Assembly (NCBI RefSeq): GCF_009914755.1
Contig: NC_060929.1
Reading direction: 5' to 3' (one strand)
DNA: 64,000 nt
From: the human T2T-CHM13v2.0 reference genome, Homo sapiens
The position numbers were made by a program, and so were the translations under genes. Numbering within the stretch: the first letter of the stretch is position 1; every line of letters starts with the position of its first letter. The notes under the pieces were generated by a model. It ran no database searches. It was given only the letters and a program-made list of their open reading frames with translations, and was not told the DNA's origin. This document shows, piece after piece, positions 16,175-28,380 of this stretch.

Positions 16175-16959
16175 CCTGTCTTAAACTTGAATGGTTTCCT
16201 TAATTCCATAATGAAGGCTGCTGGGTGTGTGTGTGGGGGTGTGTGTGTATGTGTGTGTGTCTGTGTGTATGTGTGTGTGGGGTGGGGGCGGGGGGTGTGT
16301 TTTCAATAAAAATGTTCTCTAGGAGTAGGAACCCTCTGAGCTAAATTTCACTTAACATCCGTTGAAGACTTCCAGTCTGAAGAGTGACAGCTGAAGCACA
16401 CTGCCTACTTTGTGAGAAAATGTTGCCTAATTTTTCTGTACTCAAACTCTCCAGTTGAGTCTTGGCCCAGTTCCTTTGGTGTTAGGAATCCTTGTCTTGC
16501 TCCTGTGACTGGGCCTTACTTTGAGGGTTTTGTTAGCAGAAGGCGGGGGTTATGGCATAAAGGTAAGTGCTAGGACTTACACCTGGCCAAAGAACAGCGC
16601 GGTCCAGAGTGTGCTAGAATAGTTGGCGCCACTGGATGTGTGGTGTGGCTGCGTGGAATGTGTGTTGGTGTATGTATGTGGTGGTGATGGGTGTTTAAAG
16701 GGCACTAAGCCAGTGAAAAAGACCTTAACTGGATAAGGCATGGGTCTAGACGAGGAGGGGTCAGGGGTCTTGTTCCCTGGGTCATGCCCCTTGCACAGTC
16801 CTAGTCCTCTGGCTGTAGGAGCAGCTTACCTGCCAGGGCCTACCCAGGGCCTATTGTAGCCACGTGTCTGAGAAACGTGTGTCTAGTAGGTTTGGTTTCC
16901 TCCTGAGCATGTAAGTGGTTTCTGTAGGGGAATTGTTAGATGTGGTAGAAAGAGCTGAG

Positions 16960-17115
16960 ATAGCTGGGTGTGGTGGTGTGCACCTGTGATTCCAGATACT
17001 TGGGGGGCTGAGGCAGGAGGATCACTTGAGCCCAGGTGGTCAAAGCTGCAGTGAACTGAGATTGTGCTATTGCAACTCCAGCCTGGGTGATAAAGTGATA
17101 CCCTGTCTCCTTAAA
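16960..17115 (+). mobile_element. Alu right monomer (AluJ/FRAM-like)
   Basis: tagctgggtgtggtgg...tcaaagctgcagtgaactgag...ccctgtctc. Confidence 0.8.
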
Positions 17116-17468
17116 AGGTGGGGGCCTGAGAGATCAGGGTTCTGTTGTGGGGCAGTGGGAGCTGCTTTGCAGGGGCACAGGGGGCCTGGGGGTTGTTGGA
17201 GGTAGTGGGACTTAGTCCACCTTTGAGGGGACAGCCAAATGAAGGGGAAAATTGCTGGTTTTGGTACCTGCAGGAAGAGGGAAGATGTAAGCATGGTTCC
17301 AGCTGAAAACCATGCTTTAGAAGTTGGGATAGTAGTTACTCTTTGTGGAGTAGTGACAACATGATGTGAGGCTTGGTGATGCTTGTTTTTTGATCTGACT
17401 TGATAGTGTACTCATGTACACTTGATCTATTTCAATAATTTTAAGTGGCTTTAACAGAAAGGTGTGTA

Positions 17469-17764
17469 TTTTTTTTTTTTTTTTTTGAGATGGAGTCTCG
17501 CTTTGTCACCCAGGCTGCAGTGCAGTGGCGGGATCTTGGTTTACTGCAACCTCTGCCTCCCGGGTTCAAGTGATTCTTCTGCCTCAGCCTCCCGAGTAAC
17601 GGACTGGAGGCGTGCGCCACCACGCACTGCTAATTTTTGTATTTTTAGTAGAGACAGGGTTTCACTGTATTGGCCAGGCTGGTCTCGAACTCCTGACCTT
17701 GTGATCTGCCCACCTTGGCCTCCCAAAGTGCCAGGATTACAGGTGTGAGCCACCATGCCTGGCC
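17469..17764 (-). mobile_element. AluS
   Basis: Reverse-complement dimer. Confidence 0.9.
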
Positions 17765-17954
17765 TACATTTTTACACACACAATGTAGGTTATAAAACTA
17801 CATAGCCTCTCATGTTTTGAAAGAACATTAAATGGGTTTGCAATAAAAAAGCCAGAAGGATTTTCCCAGATGAAGTGGTTTTTAGGGTGGGATTGTGGGT
17901 GATTGTTTATTTTTGCTTGTTTCTGTTTTCAGAGTTTGCTACAATAAGCATTTA

Positions 17955-18077
<123 letters not shown>

Positions 18078-18561
18078 TCACTAATAAAAGCATTTAGGAA
18101 TTTTATAATGTTAAGAAAACTAGAAGTGTGTTTTAAGAAGAATGGCTCCAAGGTTTCAAACCTAGAATACGGGATATGATTGTACATGTGGAGCTTCTAG
18201 TCTTGAGTCATTGGAGATGTGGTGGGAGTTTAGATTGAGAAGTTTTCCTGGGTGGGGTTGAGACATCGAAGCTCCAGGTGGGTGTGGATGGAAGCTTTTG
18301 GGGCTGGAGTCGTGTTCCTCATTGACGGGATGAAGGCTTGTGTTGAGATGTGTTAGGAAGAGGAAGTAAAAGCTTTGAAAGAAGGAACTGCCAGAGAGGA
18401 GTTATGATGCATAAAGCATGTTGGGAGGAAGGGAGCTAGAGATGTGAGATGTGGCAGTGGCCAGCAGGGTTAGATGCTTCAGTAGGGTGGGAGCTGGGTG
18501 GGGTGAAGGGGCTTGAGGTGAGGCTGCAGGTGCTGAGTACTTGGTCAAGAAGCTTGGCCTC

Positions 18562-19585
18562 AGCCGCCCCGTCCGGGAGGGAGGTGGGGGGGTCGGCCCC
18601 CCGCCCGGCCAGCCGCCCCGTCCGGGAGGGAGGTGGGGGGGGTCAGCACCCCCGCCCAGCCAGCTGCCCTGTCCGGGAGGTGAGGGGCGCCTCTGCCCGG
18701 CCGCCCCTACTGGGAAGTGAGGAGCCCCTCTGCCCGGCCAGCCGCCCCGTCCGGGAGGGAGGTGGGGGGGTCAGCCCCCCCGCCCAGCCAGCCGCCCTGT
18801 CCGGGAGGTGAGGGGCGCCTCTGCCCGGCCGCCCCTACTGGGAAGTGAGGAGCCCCTCTGCCCGGCCAGCCGCCCCGTCCGGGAGGGAGGTGGGGGGGTC
18901 AGCCCCCCCGCCCAGCCAGCCGCCCTGTCCGGGAGGTGAGGGGCGCCTCTGCCCGGCCGCCCCTACTGGGAAGTGAGGAGCCCCTCTGCCCGGCCACCAC
19001 CCCGTCTGGGAGGTGTGCCCAACAGCTCATTGAGAACGGGCCAGGATGACAATGGCGGCTTTGTGGAATAGAAAGGCGGGAAAGGTGGGGAAAAGATTGA
19101 GAAATCGGATGGTTGCCGTGTCTGTGTAGAAAGAAGCAGACATGGGAGACTTTTCATTTTGTTCTGCACTAAGAAAAATTCCTCTGCCTTGGGATCCTGT
19201 TGATCTGTGACCTTACCCCCAACCCTGTGCTCTCTGAAACATGTGCTGTGTCCACTCAGGGTTAAATGGATTAAGGGCGGTGCAAGATGTGCTTTGTTAA
19301 ACAGATGCTTGAAGGCAGCATGCTCGTTAAGAGTCATCACCAATCCCTAATCTCAAGTAATCAGGGACACAAACACTGCGGAAGGCCGCAGGGTCCTCTG
19401 CCTAGGAAAACCAGAGACCTTTGTTCACTTGTTTATCTGCTGACCTTCCCTCCACTATTGTCCCATGACCCTGCCAAATCCCCCTCTGTGAGAAACACCC
19501 AAGAATTATCAATAAAAAAATAAATTAAAAAAAAAAAAATAAAAAAAAAAAATAAAAAAAAAAAAGCAAAAAAAAAAAAAAAAAA
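18562..19585 (+). mobile_element. SVA retrotransposon, SVA_F-type, 5'-truncated within the VNTR
   Basis: GC-rich VNTR to ~19010, SINE-R ~19010-19516, AATAAA at 19511, ~70-nt interrupted A-tail; 15-bp TSD aagaagcttggcctc at 18547-18561 and 19586-19600; F-type bases such as ggccaggatgac, aagtaatcaggg and aagaattatcaataaa (subfamily from recall). Confidence 0.93.
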
Positions 19586-21114
19586 AAGAAGCTTGGCCTC
19601 TGAAATGAGGCATCAGTCTGCGAGAAAGGAGGTTGGGCAGTGTCCTGTGTGTAAATGGGGATGGTTCCCACCACTTACTTGAGACCATTGGGAATCTTGG
19701 AGTTGCCAGTACATTCCTTGGATGTACTTGGCTTTGGCTGGGGCAGCCCTGGGCCATGACCCTCTAACCTGGAATGCCACTGTTTTTGTGAACTGCTATT
19801 TTGAGCAGATATTGCAAGAAGTGTAGAAACTAAAGAGGTGACTTCTTAAGCATCAGTCTAGGAGGCAAATAGGGAAAATGGCCAAGTTGAGGTACAAGCA
19901 ACACATCTGGAAAGATAAAGGAGGGTGTAAATTTCTGGAGGATCAGGGAAGGAAAGACCTCAGAGTATTTAAAAAAATACAGAATGCTTTCCAGATTTGC
20001 TCAATATCCATGGGCAAGTGCCAGGCTAATCCTGACCTTATTCCTCCAGTTTCAGCACACGTCATTAGGACAGGGTGAGTAGAGACTCTTTACTCTCCCT
20101 TCGTAAGTGGCATTCGCCAGCTTCAAACACAACACAGAAAAGACTACAGAAAGCTGTGTTTTTATCGGGCCTGTTCACTAGTGTGTCTGGGTTTACATCC
20201 TTCAAGGGCGAGATGGACTATTAGATTTGGAGTCCTGGATCAGTTGAGGGAGAGAAAGCACTGCAAGTACTTTATCACAAGTAAGCAGACCTTTACTCAC
20301 CACATACTGGAGGTCTCCCATTTTTTTTTCTACATGAACTTTAAAATGTATTTTAAAATATCTATTATTTAAATTAGACTCAGCTAATGCTTGCAGAAGA
20401 GAAAGCTGGAAACAGATGGTCTTGGAAGACCAGTCAGTGGCCCAGCTTCCAGGATGTAAATCCCAGCAAAGGATTTCTAAGGATGAGCTGGGTCCGTATA
20501 TATTCCACAAAAGGATGGTTCCAGTTATAGGGTACCTTTCAGGAGTGCCAGTGGGGAGCTTTGTAGGACCCGTGTAAGGCTGCCATGAGGAGCCGGTGAG
20601 CTGTCTGGGTTAGGAAAGTTGAAAGGGCCCATGCAGTGGTAAAGGAGGCCGCAGCATGAGTGAAGGTCTTTCCTCTGTGACTGGTCCTGTCCTTGTCTTC
20701 TACATCCCACAACTGAAGGAGGGACTCTGCCTGGGTTACAGCTGCCTCCGTGCAGCCCGGCAAGAAGCAGGGAATGGAGAAGGCGCTCAGTGAATACTTG
20801 AAGGCAGAAATGCAGTATTTTACTGTTTTCTATTATTTTCAATGAGGGGAAAAACGGTAAAACTCTTTTTGAAGTCATCAGACCTTCCATTTTTGGGGAT
20901 GAGGAAAGAGTCTCACAGAACGGGTGGATGGCAGAGCCAAGAATTTTAATGCCAGCTGTTTTGAAGAGTGCTACTTTTCTGGAAAGTTGTATGGCTAGAC
21001 TATGGGGCTTTTGCCTTCCAAGAAGTCGCCCTGAGTGTAGCATTAGTTGGAGTAACACTCCCTAAGAATCTGACGTTCCCCTCCGGCCAATTCTGATTTG
21101 GTCTTGTGTGAAAT

Positions 21115-21146
21115 CGCAGTGCTTGTGTTGCCACATGGGGGCGCCA
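21115..21146 (+). promoter_or_regulatory. Candidate CTCF site with upstream motif
   Basis: Core ttgccacatgggggcgcca (21128-21146) preceded by cgcagtgct, in locally CpG-retaining unique DNA. Confidence 0.55.
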
Positions 21147-21385
21147 TCGCTCTTCCTTTGCCGTGGTGGTTGGTTCCGTGCGTAGATCAGACTTCACTCC
21201 TTGAGGAGTCCCAGAAGTTTGGAGAACACAGACGGCCACCTCCTCTCCTTCTGGGTAGCTAAAAGCAAAATAAGTATGGTTTAACAGAGTCCTCAAGCTA
21301 GCAAGCAGGGGCTCAAGCAAGAAAGTAGGCCTTTTGCTACTAATCTCTTAGGTCCTTACCACCCAAAGTATGACATCACTGTTAA

Positions 21386-21880
<495 letters not shown>

Positions 21881-22010
21881 TGAGAAAGACAACCTATAGG
21901 AGCCTCAGTTCCTTCGCCTGTAAAACGGGGGTAACACCAGGCCTGTCCGGCATGTGAGATGATGCATGCGGAAGGCACTGAAGACAGGAAGAACAAAGGT
22001 ATTGCTCACA

Positions 22011-22048
22011 ACAGGTGTGCAACTTGCCCACAGGTGTGCAACTTGCCC
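22011..22048. repeat. Perfect 19-bp tandem duplication
   Basis: (acaggtgtgcaacttgccc)x2. Confidence 0.95.
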
Positions 22049-22594
22049 TTTAAAGTGCAGAGTAGCTGACCCAGACATAAGTAGTCCGAGTTACCATAGC
22101 CTCCTGGCCTTTCTTGTCCTTACCCCACCAGGAGCCCAGGCTCCAGAGGAACAAGGTAGAAAGTCAACCTAAGAACCAAAGATGTACCGCCCTCCCGTGT
22201 GACATGGTCATAGTCCCCGGATGGGGAGGGAGTGCTGCTTCCTGCCCCTGGGGTGACACGTGAATCCATCCCACCTGGATGGAGGAACGGAGGTCCCTCT
22301 TTCCTTTTGACTTGAGCCAGTCCAATGGACTCAGCCTCGTGTGATCCTATTAGTAGCTTCAGCAAGGAGCAGGAACAACACACTGACCCCTGTTCAAGGT
22401 GGAGTTCTGTAGCTGTGGGTAGAGACTCCTAGAAAGCAGCGATTTGCCTCTGAATCCTGGACATCTGCTGTAGAAAAGTGAGGAAGAGCTTCAGAATGCC
22501 TGGGCTCCGTGTGAGGCTCCTGAGGCCCAGTTTTATTTCCTTGCCTAACTTGTGGTGGAGAGGCCAAATATGCATGGCATAAAAGAGACAAGAA

Positions 22595-22928
<334 letters not shown>

Positions 22929-23112
22929 TCAAAGAGGATTGCCCCTTGGCATTCATCACTGTCTACAAGTTCGGTCTTGGTCATCTTATTTTGCAGATTT
23001 CTATAATGCCCAATCTGGAAAATGGGCAGAAGAGACAACACAGGAGAGGTGGAGGAGAAAGGGTGGGAGGAATCTCCTTGTGGACCAGCTCCCAGGCTCT
23101 CCTTTGAGGTAA

Positions 23113-23270
23113 AGCAGTGGCTCGAGTGTGCATCTGAATCCCCTGGGGGCCTGGTTACACAGATGACTGGGCCCGCCCTCCAAGTTTCAGATTCCATAGG
23201 TCTTCAGTGGGGTCCTGGAGTTTCATTTCTAACAAGCTCCCAGGTGAGCCTGCTGCTTTTGTTCTGTGGA
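23113..23270. mobile_element. MER5A
   Basis: gtgcatctgaatcccctgg...cagatgactgggccc...atttctaacaagctcccaggtga. Confidence 0.78.
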
Positions 23271-25179
23271 TAGAGAGTCCGGGTGACGGGTAAAGGAGAA
23301 ATAACTGGGGCTGCTGATTCACATCACAAACAGCTGCGGGTGATGGAGGTTGTGGGCGGGAGGTGGAAAGAGCGAGGCTGAGTACAATGGTGAGGAGTAG
23401 GAGGAGAGGGAGAGGCACAAGCGTTTCTGAAGAAATGCCAAAGAAAGTTTGGTATCTCTCTGGAACTGTTTCTGAACACAGGACATTGTGTCTTGTGGGC
23501 TATGTGACTTGGCCCTAGCTTGGTTGTGGCCAGTGCTAGTGTGTGGAGCAGCTCTTCTCCGGGCGGCTGGCTTATCTCCATGATGCTCCTGGCTCCCTGG
23601 CCTCGCTGAGTAGTTGGCACGTCTGTGACTTCTTTATCCACGTGTGTCTTTTTCCTGGCCAGGTGGAAAGCTTCCCCAGGGTGGAGGAGATGTTTGCCAG
23701 GTTAAGGTCCCTTCTCTAATGGTACCCACAAGCCAAGCTGCACCCCTGTCTGCCCCTCTCCACCCCTGTCCTCAAAGTGGAGAATGGCTCTGTGGCTTGG
23801 AGGGGCCTTCACAGCCCAAGGGAAAGGCCTCAGGGTCTCCGATGTACCCGAGTGAGACATGCATGTCAGTCAATTTCCATTAAATCAGATCCAGCGCTTC
23901 AGCTTGCTCCACACAGCTTTTAAGGACACTAAAAATAAGCCCTAAATTGGAGCTCCTCAAGCAGCACTATCTGTTAATGAAATTGCTTCCTGTTAATTTG
24001 AGTTTACAAAATAAGTATCACCTGACAATCTGGCGTGGCTGTCACGGCATCCACCCCCAGGAATGGGCAGCTGGTGGAGGACTTCACCTGGGAGCTGAGG
24101 ACTTTCTGGCCTCAAGTGCCATGGCAACCAAAGGGGACCCGGCGGTTACAACAAATGGGGAGACTGGACTTCGTTTGTTGGCTTGTTTGTCCCTTTCGTA
24201 ACCATTCTCTGAGCGGTCAGCTCTTCGTCTAGCGGGGCCTACAGGTAAATAGATAATTAATAATCAACGTGCAAGGTAGCAATAAGAGAAGTACAAGGAG
24301 CTAGGGAGCAGCCTGAGGTGGTAGCCAGGAGCGGTGCGGGGGTAAAGGATGAGTGCATGTCGGTTGCATAAGTGAGTAGAGAGAGGGTTTGGTGAGGGAG
24401 CTGGAGGCAAAGGGGACAGCTGGACCACAGACATGCAGGGAGTGACCAGTAGTTGGAGTAGAAAGCTCAGGGCAGAGAAAGGAGAGAGATAAGGCTGACA
24501 AGATGCTAGCTGGGGCCTGCAGCACAGATGCTGTCAGTGGGTGAGGTCACATAAAAGGCTCCCCCGCCTTCTTTTTGCAGTCACTGCTTGATATAGGGGT
24601 TAGGAGGATGCTGCTCTTGAAAAGGGAGCCTTGTGATATTCAAGATGATAGACACCATCAGAGATGGGGTGGTGACAAGCAAAGTCAGATTCTAGGAAAG
24701 GGCAAAGGGTCCCTGGCGGGGAGGAATCTGGCCTCATGATACAGGAGGGAGGAGGGCATCCTTACCCCAGCCCCTGCAGCTTGAAGGCATCTGGGTGTGG
24801 GCATGGAGAGAGCTGGCCCCTGAGTCACAATGCCTTAGGCCCAGGCACCCTTGCTGGGGGGCACTGCTGCCTAAGTGTGGCATGCTTGAATAGGCAGGAG
24901 AGTGGGTCAGGAAGTTCAGCAGGTGTAGCACATCTTGGGGGCTGCTTGTGGCTCTGGGGCCTGGCTATGGAACCTGCTGATGCCTGGTGCCCCTTGTTAG
25001 ACAGCAGCCAAGTCATCCATGTAAGCAACATCTCAGGGAGGCCTGAAATATTGGATGGAGGGAATTCCTGGGGCTCAGAACACTTGTATCTTTCATATTG
25101 AGACAAATGAGGGCTTCATTTGTACCTAGACAAAGGGCCTTGATTTTTTCCTTAGGGTATTGGTAAACCATGTTGAGTT

Positions 25180-25337
25180 TTTGTTTGGTTTTAGAGGTAG
25201 GGTCTCACTCTTTTGCCCAGGCTAAAGGACAGTGACATGATCATAGCTCAATGCATCCTCAAACTCCTGGGCTCTAAGTGATCTTCCTGCCTCAGCATTC
25301 TGAGTAACTGGGATTCCAGGCATAAGCCACCACGCCT
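25180..25337 (-). mobile_element. Alu monomer (FLAM/FRAM/AluJ-like)
   Basis: Single diverged arm. Confidence 0.75.
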
Positions 25338-25807
25338 AGACAGCCATGGTGAGTTTTAAAGCTAGGACACAGCCCTTCTCCTCCAATGCCTGGCCCTCAA
25401 GGGACAGGGAGTTGAGGGTGAAGGGGAAGGACTGGGTGGGTTTACAGGAAGAGAGGCTTTTGTGAGGATGCAAGTGGTTTGGGATGAGGGCAGAACTAGG
25501 GGGCTCAGACCCCAGTGGGCTCTGGGAGTGCTCACTATAAGACATGCTGGCTGTTATCCTCGTTCAACTAGCCTCTCTAATGTCTCACATTCTGTTGTAA
25601 AATAGCTCTGTGGCTGAGCTGCCCCTGGAAGGGTTGGCCCCCATTTATAATAGCAGTGATCAAGGCAGTTCCCAGATAATGTGTGACCTCACTTTTTCTC
25701 TGAAGCAAGTGGGAAAGAAGAATAGGTCCCTCCCGGGTGGCAGAGGATACAGTCCAGCAGGGTCAGGGCCCAATAGCAGGGCTACAGTTCTTAGGAAGGA
25801 CACATGG

Positions 25808-26116
25808 GGCCAGGGGCGGTGGCTCACACCTGTAATCCCAGTACTTTGGGAGGCTGAGGCGGTTGGATCACTTGAGGTCAGGAGTTCGAGAACAGCCTGG
25901 CCAACATGGTGAAACCTCATCTCTACTAAAAATGCAAAAATGGAGTTGTGATGCGCACCTGTATCCCAGTTGCTCGTAGGCTACTCATAGGCTAAGGCAT
26001 GAGAATTGCTTGAATCTGGGAGGTAGAGGTTGTAGTTAGCTGAGATCATGCCACTGCACTCCAGTCTGGGCAACAGAGTGAGACTCCATCTCAGGAGAAG
26101 AAAAAAAAAAAAAAAA
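25808..26116 (+). mobile_element. AluS
   Basis: Full dimer with A-tail. Confidence 0.9.
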
Positions 26117-26599
26117 GTACACACGGACGCTGCTCTTTCAGGCCAGTCCCTTGTGTGTCTTCTACTTAGCGCCCGCTTTGTTCCTAGTGGACCTACATGT
26201 GCTATCATTGGTCATTTTCTCCTCCTGGTGAAAACGTGGATTGACATCCCTACCTCCCTTTCACACTGGGCCCTTGGGGGACAAGCTAGGCAGTGTGTTA
26301 AAGGGTTTCTTTAGAGGTTCTGGGGATGTCCCCTTCATGCTGTTTTCTTGGGCCTTTTTCTTCTTTCATAGGCAGAGCTGATGGTGAGTAAACTTCCCTT
26401 TTCTTTAGCTCTATTTGTGTTAAAATGGCCCAGTTTACACTACACCAAAACCATGGAATCATGTGGATACTTTGTTAGGGCCCCTCCTGGGCCCTGGAGG
26501 TGGAGCCTCATGTTAGGGTGGATGCGCCTCTGCCCTGAATCTGCAATGGGCCAAGTGCAAAGCTGTGTTGTCAGTGCCAGATGGCCCAGTGATAGTGAG

Positions 26600-27024
26600 T
26601 GTACTGGTTTCGCAGGGCTGTCATAAAAAAGTACTACAGCCTAGGCAGCTTAAACAACAAAAGTTTGTTCTCTCACAATTCTGGAGGCTGGAAGTCTAAG
26701 ATCAAGAGGCCAGCAGGGCTGGTTCCTTCTCAGGGCTGTGAGAGAATTGGCTTCACACTTCCCTCCTGGCTTCTGGTAGTCCCAGGCATTCCTTGGCTCA
26801 TGGAGAGCCATCTCCCAGTGTCTCTTCACATAGTCTTCCCTCTCTGCAGGTCCCTGTGTATAAATATCCCCTTTTCATAAGGACGCCAGATTAGATTAGG
26901 GCCCACCCTAATGACCTCATTTTAACTTAACTCTAAAGACCTTATTTCCAAATAAGGGGATATTCTGAGGTGCTGGAGGTTAGGACTTCAACATATCTTT
27001 TTTAAGGGGACAGAAACCATTACA
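26600..27024 (-). mobile_element. MLT1 (B/C-type) MaLR solo LTR
   Basis: TG...CA ends; ttctggaggctggaagtctaagatcaag and attagggcccaccctaatgacctcattttaactt. Confidence 0.82.
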
Positions 27025-28209
27025 GCCCCCTTTGCCTGTGGGTTTCTTGGGGACTTCCAGGGCACACATGCTCAGGCAGGGCCGTGTTGGCTGAGGGTTT
27101 CTAGGATCGCCCTTGGAGCAGGCACAGCAGCTGGCCTGCCAGGAAGGGCTCTGGGCTTGAGGAAGAATGCCAAGGAACTGCGTTGAGAATTGTTGGGGCA
27201 GACTCTTCGCTGTTCTCCCTACCTCTGTGTCTCCCCAGTTCCTCAATGGGCAGTTGTGTAAGGAGGCTTGGGAGCAGAACTGGTTGCATGACTGGCTTCC
27301 TGGAGCCTCCACTATGGGAGTCCTGGGAAAGTTCCAGAGAACCTGTAGGCAAATCACATCCAAATGTGCATGAACCCACCCTCCTACTTGGCCTGTATAT
27401 ACGTGCCAAGAATCAGGCTGATCTGGGTTCTGGAGGGATGGGAGGGGCCTTGCCTGCTGGTCCAGGTTTGCATCGCTTGACCTGTAAATTCTGAAAGACA
27501 GGGGCTGGCGACCCCCTCTACCTCTCCTCCCAGGACCCGGGTGGTCAGGGCTGAGCCCCGGGTGGCCTGGGCTCTGCTGCATGTCTGTCCTCTGCTGTGT
27601 GTCGTGCAAGGTTCTTTTCTGCATGTTGTTCACAGGAGTTGAGTAAATTATGAGGACATCAACTCTAAAATGTAGCCTTGGCTTCAGAAACGTGGGACAA
27701 AATGGCAACAACTGAATTTCAGATGTAGAGCTCATCGCATTTAACATTTATGAGTGGCAGTAAAAGGGAAGGTTGGAATCGTATCTGCAGTTCCCAACCA
27801 CAAGCCATAATTTTACACGCTCAAACATCTGTTTTAAGATTGTAGCAGAGAGTGTTGGGTAATTGGCTCCCTTTTGTCCTAGGCCCATCAGTTAGGCCCC
27901 ATCAACTTTATTATAAATTCTCGGGGATTTATTAGTAAACAACATTTGGGGAGGCTGATGCCGCCGCACTGTAGCCAGGGAGCTTGAAGTGTCTGAGTTA
28001 GGGCCTCTGCATCAGTGCTTTCCTGGGCAGTCAAGAGCTTCTAACCCAGGGAGCCTCTACTTCTCAAGAAGCCCCTGGGGCAGGAGGGAGAGGGAGAGAA
28101 GCTAGAAGGTGCAGCTTCCTGGGAAGGAGGTTTGTTCCCACAGCCTGACCTGCCCTGGGGGCCGGTCTTGGGAGATTTGGGCACAGAGCTGTGCGATGGG
28201 ACAAAGGTG

Positions 28210-28380
28210 GTCTCATCCTGGCTTCACCACACGTAAGCTCGGTAATGACGGGCAAAGCGTTTATGTTTTCTGTGCCTCCGTTTCCATATCTGTAAAAATG
28301 GAGATAATACTCCTATTTCCTGAGGTGATTGTGGAGATTAACATGAACACGTGTGAGGGCTCAGCACTGTCTGGGCACAC
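28210..28380. mobile_element. MIR
   Basis: Core tgtgcctccgtttccatatctgtaaaaatggagataata. Confidence 0.75.

Larger units (their letters stand above)
14179..16190 (+). other. HSPA4: HSPA4 3'UTR (long form; short form ends near 14760)
   Basis: No interspersed repeat recognised between the stop codon and the distal double AATAAA; end inferred ~15-25 nt after the signal. Confidence 0.75.

Noticed and set aside
18562-19010. Repeat array as CRISPR-like, or as a CpG-island gene promoter
   Set aside because: There are no unique spacers; it is the SVA VNTR.
18449-19343. 120-aa and 126-aa ORFs
   Set aside because: They are translations of the SVA VNTR and antisense SINE-R.
20525-21058. 177-aa minus-strand ORF
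   Set aside because: No recognisable domain or splice context; it overlaps an L2-like tail and is within chance length.
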